Part shown: piece by piece, positions 58,218 to 64,000 of the stretch
Numbering within the stretch: position 1 is the stretch's first letter
Layout: each line of letters opens with the position of its first letter
Assembly: GCA_965250285.1 (NCBI GenBank)
Contig: OZ252299.1
Coordinates: forward strand, 5,344,001-5,408,000
DNA: 64,000 nt
Reading direction: 5' to 3'
Source: Myxococcota bacterium
GTDB taxonomy: Bacteria > Myxococcota_A > UBA9160 > UBA4427
Made by a program: the position numbers and the translations under genes
The notes under the pieces: generated by a model
Database searches by the model: none
The model's input: only the letters and a program-made list of their open reading frames with translations
Told to the model about the DNA's origin: nothing

Positions 58218-59162
58218 TCACGGGCGCCGCGCGGTGCGAATCAGCCCCTCCTGCGCGACCGACGCGACCTGCACGCCGTCGCGCGTGAAGAGCGCGCCCA
58301 TGATGAGACCGCGTGCCGACTGGCTGACGTCGCTCGACGAGACGTAGAGCAGCCAGTCGTCGAAGCGCGGCGGGCGGTGGAACCACATCGCATGGTCGAG
58401 GCTGGCGCCCATGTAGCCGTCGCTGCCGGGCAGGATGCCGTTCGCGCGCAGCGCGGTGCCGAGCAACGTGTGATCGCTGGCATACGCCATCGCGCCCGCA
58501 TGGATCACCGGGTCGTCGGTCGGCAGGCGGCTGCGCAGCTTCATCCAGATCTTGCGCTGGCGATTGGGCTTCGCGTCGGGGGTGTAGTCCTCGGGCTGCG
58601 CGACGCGCGAGTCGACCGGGCTGTGGTCGTAGTCGGGCAGCTCTTCTTCGCGAATCTTTGCGCGCAGCTCGCGCCAGGTGGGCAGGCCTTCGGGGTCGGG
58701 CGCCTCGGGCATCGGGAACTGATGCGAGAGCCCCTCTTCGGGCTTCGCGAAGCTCGCCGCCATGTTGAAGATCGCCTCGCCGCCCTGGTGCGCGACGACC
58801 CGGCGCGTCGTGAACGTCCGGCCATCGCGGATGCGATCGACGACGAAGCGGATCGGTGAGTCGTAGCGACCGGGCCGCAGAAAGTAGGCGTGCAGGCTGT
58901 GCACGTGGCTCTCGGTCGAATCGGGGACGGTGCGGTAGCCGGCGACCAGCGACTGGGCGGCGACCATGCCACCGAAGAGTCGGCCCTCGCCGGGCCCGGG
59001 CTCGCCGAGAAAGAGGTCGCGGTCGAGGGGCTCGAGCGTCAGGCGGTCGACCAGCTTCTGGACGCGCCGGTCGACGCCTTCTTCGGCCGGCGCAGGGCTC
59101 TGCGGGTTCGGGTCGGACAAGCCGGGGGCTCCTCGGGCAGGTGCGGTCGGGTCGGGCGGCAC
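58218..59162 (-). CDS. tesB: Acyl-CoA thioesterase II
   Basis: LFGGMVAAQ; HSLHAYFLRPG; ASLDHAMWFH; VAQEGLIR; start uncertain. Confidence 0.9.
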   Translation of the reverse strand: MPPDPTAPARGAPGLSDPNPQSPAPAEEGVDRRVQKLVDRLTLEPLDRDLFLGEPGPGEGRLFGGMVAAQSLVAGYRTVPDSTESHVHSLHAYFLRPGRYDSPIRFVVDRIRDGRTFTTRRVVAHQGGEAIFNMAASFAKPEEGLSHQFPMPEAPDPEGLPTWRELRAKIREEELPDYDHSPVDSRVAQPEDYTPDAKPNRQRKIWMKLRSRLPTDDPVIHAGAMAYASDHTLLGTALRANGILPGSDGYMGASLDHAMWFHRPPRFDDWLLYVSSSDVSQSARGLIMGALFTRDGVQVASVAQEGLIRTARRP

Positions 59163-59224
59163 GGTAGCAGCGACGGCCGCGATGGTTTGGCGGCGAACTC
59201 GCTCGCGGGCGCGGGCTTCCTCGA

Positions 59225-59265
59225 GTCATCGACAATAAATTGTCGATGACAAAATATGGTCATCG
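59225..59265. promoter_or_regulatory. Palindromic operator, probably for the adjacent TetR
   Basis: GTCATCGACAAT-aa-ATTGTCGATGAC (perfect 12-bp arms) overlapped by CGATGAC-N8-GTCATCG. Confidence 0.7.
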
Positions 59266-59304
59266 GGTTGATTATGAGCTGACATCGCTGCAAGGTGTGC
59301 AGGG

Positions 59305-59964
59305 ATGGGTCTGCGCAGCGAGAAACAGCGCGCTCAGCGCGTCGAGATCCTTGAGAACGCGTTCGCATACATGCGTGAACACGACGGCGCCCTGCCGACC
59401 ATGGTCGAGCTCGCCCGCACCTGCCGCGTGAGCGACGCGACCATCTTCAACTACGTCGGCCAGCGCGACGCCCTGCGCTCGGAATGGGCGCACCGTCGCC
59501 TCGGCGCCGCGTGCCTCGCCGCCGCCGAGTCGGGCGGCAGCCTACGGCGCATGCTCCGCCACGCGCTGCGCGACCTGCGCGCCGAGCTCGAGTCGGCGCC
59601 CGCGCTCTGGCTCGAGATCTGGTCGGGGGCGACCCCGGTCGATCCCGGCGTCGGTCGTCCAGGGGGGAAGCCGCCCGGCGAAGAAGACGCTGGGCTCGCC
59701 GCGCTGATTCGGGTCGCGCGCGAGCGCGACGAGCTGCGCGCCGATCTGCCGCTCGAAGTGCAGACGCGCGCGCTGGTCTCGGCCTGGCTAGGGGCGCTCG
59801 CGCACGAGGCGAGGCGCGCCGCGCCCGAGCCGCCCGGCGACGACGCCTGGCGCCGCATTGCGCAGGCGACCGAGCTCGTGCTCGATGGCCTGCGTAAGCG
59901 CAACGAGCGCGTGCGCATGGGGGCCGGGGCCGGTCGCGCCGCTACGGCGTCTCCTGGTACGTGA
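59305..59964 (+). CDS. TetR/AcrR family transcriptional regulator
   Basis: GLRSEK...TMVELARTCRVSDATIFNYV HTH; ELRADL. Confidence 0.85.
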   Translation: MGLRSEKQRAQRVEILENAFAYMREHDGALPTMVELARTCRVSDATIFNYVGQRDALRSEWAHRRLGAACLAAAESGGSLRRMLRHALRDLRAELESAPALWLEIWSGATPVDPGVGRPGGKPPGEEDAGLAALIRVARERDELRADLPLEVQTRALVSAWLGALAHEARRAAPEPPGDDAWRRIAQATELVLDGLRKRNERVRMGAGAGRAATASPGT

Positions 59965-60550
59965 AGCTCTCGGTGGCGAGCACTTCGTCTTCGTCGTTCA
60001 GGACCGAGACCGACCACGAACCGAGCCAGGCGGGCAGCAGCTGCTTGCTCGACCAGAAGCGCCAGCGGTCGCCTTTCACGACGAACTCGACGCTGCCCAT
60101 CTCGTTGTCCTCGTACGTCCACACGTGGCGAATCGTCTGCCCCTTCATGTTGCGCAGATCGGTGAAGAAGTAGACGACGCGCTTGTCGCTCCCGAGAAAG
60201 CTCACGTCGTCGACGGGCTCGCGATCCGAGATCTCGGTGGTGAACGTGGCGAGCACGACGCGAGGCAGGCCATCGTCTTCCTGGGCCTCGCCGGCTTCGC
60301 CTTCGACCACGCCCGCGCCGAGCTCGTCGCTCGCCGGGGCCGGATCCTGCGCCCGGCCCGGCCCCGGAGCGCCGAGGGCCAGCGGCAGCGCGAGGCACGC
60401 CGCGATGAGCCACGCGACCGGCGCGTGTCGCCTCGGGCCGGCGCGAAGCGGTCCCGCGTGTTCCCCATTCCGTCGCCGACGTCGCGTCGGTTGATCTTCG
60501 GCGGCCTGCTCACCGCCCGAACCGTCTGCCTGCTGCCGCTGCCTACCCAT
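59942..60550 (-). CDS. DUF2914 domain protein
   Basis: DREPVD...YFFTDL...GQTIRHVW...RWRFWSSKQL; start uncertain. Confidence 0.8.
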   Translation of the reverse strand: MGRQRQQADGSGGEQAAEDQPTRRRRRNGEHAGPLRAGPRRHAPVAWLIAACLALPLALGAPGPGRAQDPAPASDELGAGVVEGEAGEAQEDDGLPRVVLATFTTEISDREPVDDVSFLGSDKRVVYFFTDLRNMKGQTIRHVWTYEDNEMGSVEFVVKGDRWRFWSSKQLLPAWLGSWSVSVLNDEDEVLATESFTYQETP

Positions 60551-60686
60551 CTGCTGGCTCGGTGCTCCTGATGCCGGTGCCCGCGAATGCGGATGCTGTT
60601 CACGGTGTACCGCCAACCCGCGCGGGCGACAACGGGCATCGCCCGTTCTCGCGTCACGCTGCGTCATCGATCGCTACCTTGGATGC

Positions 60687-61277
60687 ATGGAACTCGTGCT
60701 CGTTCGACATGGTTTGCCGGTTCGCATCGAGCGCAGCGACGGCGAGCCCGCTGATCCGCCGCTCAGCGACGAGGGGCACGGTCAAGCGGCTGCGGTGGGC
60801 GGCTGGCTCGCCCGCGAGTCGTTCGACGCGGTCTACGTCTCGCCGATGCAACGCGCCCTGCAGACCGCGGCACCCTACCTCGAGCGCTCGGGCATCGAGC
60901 CGCGCGTCGAGGCGCGGGTCGCCGAGTTCGACCGCGACGCCGAGCAGTACGTGCCGATGGAGGAGCTGAAGCGCACCGACTACGACACGTGGCTCCAGCT
61001 GGTGCAGGGGGGCTACGAGGCGACGCCGAACTTCGCCGAGTTTCACCGTGAGGTCGTCGAGGCGCTCGACGAGATCGCGGGCCGCCACGCCGGCGAGCGC
61101 GTGCTCGTGGTGTGCCACGGCGGCGTGATCAACGTGTGGGCGGGCAGCGTGATCGGCATCGGCCCCCGGCTCTTCTTCGAGCCGGGTTACACCTCGATCA
61201 ACCGCTTCATCGTGGCGCGGTCGGGTCAGCGCAGCGTCGCCAGCCTGAATGAGATGGGCCACCTGATTCGCGGCTGA
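60687..61277 (+). CDS. Histidine phosphatase (phosphoglycerate mutase) family protein
   Basis: LVRHG; SPMQRALQTA; VCHGGVI. Confidence 0.9.
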   Translation: MELVLVRHGLPVRIERSDGEPADPPLSDEGHGQAAAVGGWLARESFDAVYVSPMQRALQTAAPYLERSGIEPRVEARVAEFDRDAEQYVPMEELKRTDYDTWLQLVQGGYEATPNFAEFHREVVEALDEIAGRHAGERVLVVCHGGVINVWAGSVIGIGPRLFFEPGYTSINRFIVARSGQRSVASLNEMGHLIRG

Positions 61278-61336
61278 GACGCCCGGTTCGGGGCTGGGGC
61301 GCTCACTTCGGGGTCGAGGCGCCTGCGACCGCGCGA

Positions 61337-62683
61337 TCAGCTGCTGGCCGGCAGCTTGAACTCGGGCTTGCCCAGCACGATCTGACGCGCGCCGATGCGC
61401 CCGTTCTCGAACCCGCCCTCGCAGTAGCCGAGATAGAAGAGCCACATGCGCTGGAAGACCTCGGGATAGCCGAGTGCTTCGATCAGCTCGCGGTTCTCGA
61501 GAAAGCGTGACCGCCAGCGCCGCAGGGTCTCGGCATACGCCCAGGTCATGTCGAAGTCGTCGAGCAGCTGCATGTCGGTCCGTCGCGAGACGCAGTCTGC
61601 GATCACCGCCTTCGAGGGCAGGCAGCCGCCGGGAAAGATGTAGCGCCGGATGAAGTCGACGGTGTCGCGGGCCTGCTCGTAGTGTGCGTCGTCGATGGTG
61701 ATCGCCTGCAGACCCATGGCGCCATGGGGCTCGAGCAGACGCGAGCACTTCTCGAAGTACGTGTCGAAGTACTCGGCCCCCACCGCCTCGATCATCTCGA
61801 TCGAGACGAGCCGGTCGTAGCGGCCCTGCAGGTCGCGGTAGTCCTCGAGCACGAGGTCGATCTTCGAAGACAGGCCCGCGGCCGCGATGCGCTCGCGCGC
61901 GAGCTCGAGCTGCTCGACCGACAGGGTCGTTCCGGTGACCCGGCAGCCGTATTGGCCTGCGGCGTGCATCGCGAAGCCGCCCCAGCCACAGCCGACTTCG
62001 ACCACGTGATCGTGTTCGCTCAGGTCGAGCATGCGACAGAGCCGGTCGTACTTCGCGATCGACGCCTGCTCCATGGCCGTCGAGGGCGTTTCGAAGATGC
62101 CGCACGAGTACGTCATCGTTGGATCGAGGAAGGCCTCGAAGAAGTCGTTGCCGAGGTCGTAGTGGGCTTCGATGTTGCGTCGGCTGCCGCTGCGCGTGTT
62201 CTCGCGCGCCCGCTCCCAGAGGCGGCGCGCCCCCTTGGCGAGTCGCACCGCGACGCCGTCGAACTGCTGGCGCGCCTCTTCGTTGACGAGCAGGACGTTC
62301 ACGAGCAGCGCGAGGTCATCGCACGACCAGAGCCCCTCCATGTACGCCTCACCGGAGGCGAGGATGCCGCCGAGCGCGATCGAGGTGTAGAAGCGCGCGT
62401 CGTGCACCTCGATGGTCGCGACACCGGGCAGCTCGGGCGTCGCCCGGCCGAACGAGTGTGTCTGGCCGTGCTCGACGAGATCGATGCGCCCTTGCTCGAC
62501 CCCCGACAACACGCCCATCACGCCGCGCCGCGCTGCGTCGTCGACGAGCCCCGACACCACGCGGGAGAGGCGCCGGCCGAGCGGCGGGCGCACGGTGTCG
62601 AGGCGATGGATGGTCTCGGCCTCGGCACCGGTCTCGTCGGGCGTCGTCGGGCTGGGGCCCGTTCGAATCTCGGTCTCGCTCAA
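61337..62683 (-). CDS. cfa: Cyclopropane-fatty-acyl-phospholipid synthase family methyltransferase
   Basis: HYDLGNDFF; MTYSC; EVGCGWGG; SIEMIEAVG; FIRRYIFPGG; TTG start after GAGGAG. Confidence 0.88.
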   Translation of the reverse strand: MSETEIRTGPSPTTPDETGAEAETIHRLDTVRPPLGRRLSRVVSGLVDDAARRGVMGVLSGVEQGRIDLVEHGQTHSFGRATPELPGVATIEVHDARFYTSIALGGILASGEAYMEGLWSCDDLALLVNVLLVNEEARQQFDGVAVRLAKGARRLWERARENTRSGSRRNIEAHYDLGNDFFEAFLDPTMTYSCGIFETPSTAMEQASIAKYDRLCRMLDLSEHDHVVEVGCGWGGFAMHAAGQYGCRVTGTTLSVEQLELARERIAAAGLSSKIDLVLEDYRDLQGRYDRLVSIEMIEAVGAEYFDTYFEKCSRLLEPHGAMGLQAITIDDAHYEQARDTVDFIRRYIFPGGCLPSKAVIADCVSRRTDMQLLDDFDMTWAYAETLRRWRSRFLENRELIEALGYPEVFQRMWLFYLGYCEGGFENGRIGARQIVLGKPEFKLPASS

Positions 62684-62951
62684 GCTCGCGCTCCTCGTCT
62701 TCTCTCGACTCAAGGTCACGACCGAAGCCCACGACCGAAGGGTCGTATGCGGGGCGTGTCGGCCAACCCCTCGTGGATGCCGGCGTCGGCTGCGCGGTCG
62801 CTCGCGCGCGCCGCCGCGATCCCCTGAAATTGAATCACACGCCCACTCTGCGAGCCACGCAGCGCTGGGCGGGTTTCGCTGCAATCGGCCGCATGCGGCA
62901 ACTGCTACTTTGATCGCGATGAATCGCGGCGAGCAGACGGGAGAACCGACG

Positions 62952-63806
62952 ATGATGCGGATCATGCGTGAGTCGAGCGTTCAGCGAGTTGTCCAGGTTC
63001 GACTGCGGCGCGTGTGCTGTCTGATGCTCGTGGTCGCGCTCTCGGGCGCCGTGGCGTGCGTCGGCTCGAAAGAGACAACCCCGCTCACCGTCGAGACCGG
63101 ACGCAACGCCCAGACGACCCACGACGGTCTCGTCCGCATGCGCGGCTCGGCCTTCGAAGGGGTCTGGGTCAAGCCGGGCGCCGACATCGACGGCTACACG
63201 AAGCTCATGATCGGGCCGGTGCGCATGAGCTACAAGCGCCCGCCGCGCGGGCGCAGCAGCCGCTCGACCCAGTACAACTTCGCGCTGACCCAGGGCCAGG
63301 CCGATCGGCTCGAGGAGCTGCTCGTCGAGGCGTTGTCGGCGCAGATCGAGCAATCGGAGCGGTGGACCCTGACGGACGAGCCCGGTCCCGACGTGCTCTT
63401 GATCGAGCCGTCGCTGCTCGATCTCGTCGTGAACACGCCGACGCAGCAGGAGCCGCGCCAGGTGACCTTCACGACGTCGACGGCGACGGTGACGATCGTG
63501 CTCGAGGTCTACGATTCGCAGTCGGGCGAGATCCTGGCGCGCATGGCCGATCGCAGCGAGGCGCGGCGGCCGGGCTCGGGCGCACAGCAGCTCTACTGGA
63601 GCAACCCGGTCAGCAACGTGCAGGCCGTCCGAACGATCTTCCGCCGCTGGTCGCGCATCTTCGTCGCGCGGCTCGACACCGCGTCGCGGCTCAGCGCCGA
63701 GCAGCGCGAAGCCGACGCCAAGAAGCCGAAGCAGGATGAAGAGGGCGAGACGGGCGATCAGGCGAGCGAAGCCGCCGGCGACGAAGCGCCGGCCTCCGCC
63801 GAGTAG
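62952..63806 (+). CDS. DUF3313-like lipoprotein
   Basis: GAVAC lipobox; THDGLV...WVKPGADI...PGPDVL...DSQSGEILAR. Confidence 0.7.
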   Translation: MMRIMRESSVQRVVQVRLRRVCCLMLVVALSGAVACVGSKETTPLTVETGRNAQTTHDGLVRMRGSAFEGVWVKPGADIDGYTKLMIGPVRMSYKRPPRGRSSRSTQYNFALTQGQADRLEELLVEALSAQIEQSERWTLTDEPGPDVLLIEPSLLDLVVNTPTQQEPRQVTFTTSTATVTIVLEVYDSQSGEILARMADRSEARRPGSGAQQLYWSNPVSNVQAVRTIFRRWSRIFVARLDTASRLSAEQREADAKKPKQDEEGETGDQASEAAGDEAPASAE

Positions 63807-63827
63807 GGCGCGGCTTCAGCGCGCTCG

Positions 63828-64000
63828 CTAGATCGAGTGCTCCCACTTGAGGCCGAGGCCGACGTTCAAGCGGTCGGGGATGTTCACGTACTTGTTCGTG
63901 TCGGTGCGGATGCGCTCGCGGTCGAGACCTCCGCCGGCCGAGAGGTCGAGCCAGAAGCCCCAGAGCTTGAGGCCGACGCCACCGGTGAGCGCCCAGCCTT
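63828..64000 (-). CDS. C-terminus of a probable outer-membrane beta-barrel protein (partial)
   Basis: GWALTGGVGLKLWGFWLDLSAG...RLNVGLGLKWEHSI*, amphipathic beta strands. Confidence 0.55.
   Translation of the reverse strand, partial: GWALTGGVGLKLWGFWLDLSAGGGLDRERIRTDTNKYVNIPDRLNVGLGLKWEHSI

Noticed and set aside
59942..59964. 23-bp convergent overlap of the TetR and DUF2914 genes
   Set aside because: Short 3' overlaps are common in high-GC genomes.

Overview
A gene-dense, very GC-rich (roughly 70% by eye) bacterial chromosomal segment with about 75 protein-coding genes. I see no rRNA, tRNA, CRISPR array, transposase or prophage. The PEP-CTERM protein, Cys-rich lipoproteins, sigma-54 regulation and lipid/steroid-type catabolic genes suggest a diderm Myxococcota/Deltaproteobacteria-like organism (inference only). 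Bases 1-16 kb hold small detoxification-type genes (VOC, GNAT, MAPEG, GST, aquaporin, SRPBCC). Bases 16-41 kb hold lipid catabolism, envelope glycosylation/acylation and an MMPL transporter. Bases 50-57 kb hold a nitrile hydratase, zinc-free ribosomal proteins (L28, L31B, S14) and a short-type ValRS. The best candidate for an undescribed system is a self-contained operon at 41.5-46.7 kb: a sigma-54 -24/-12 promoter with enhancer-like repeats, two paralogous 2TM histidine kinases with no periplasmic sensor, an NtrC-type activator, a PspA/IM30 (bacterial ESCRT-III) gene and a terminator, with no PspB/PspC/PspF. Also notable are a nitrile hydratase alpha subunit with a non-canonical CTQCSCT metal-binding motif and a 38-bp duplicate of the rpmE2 3' end. 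All product calls come from recognising motifs by eye, not from database searches, and several start codons are estimates.
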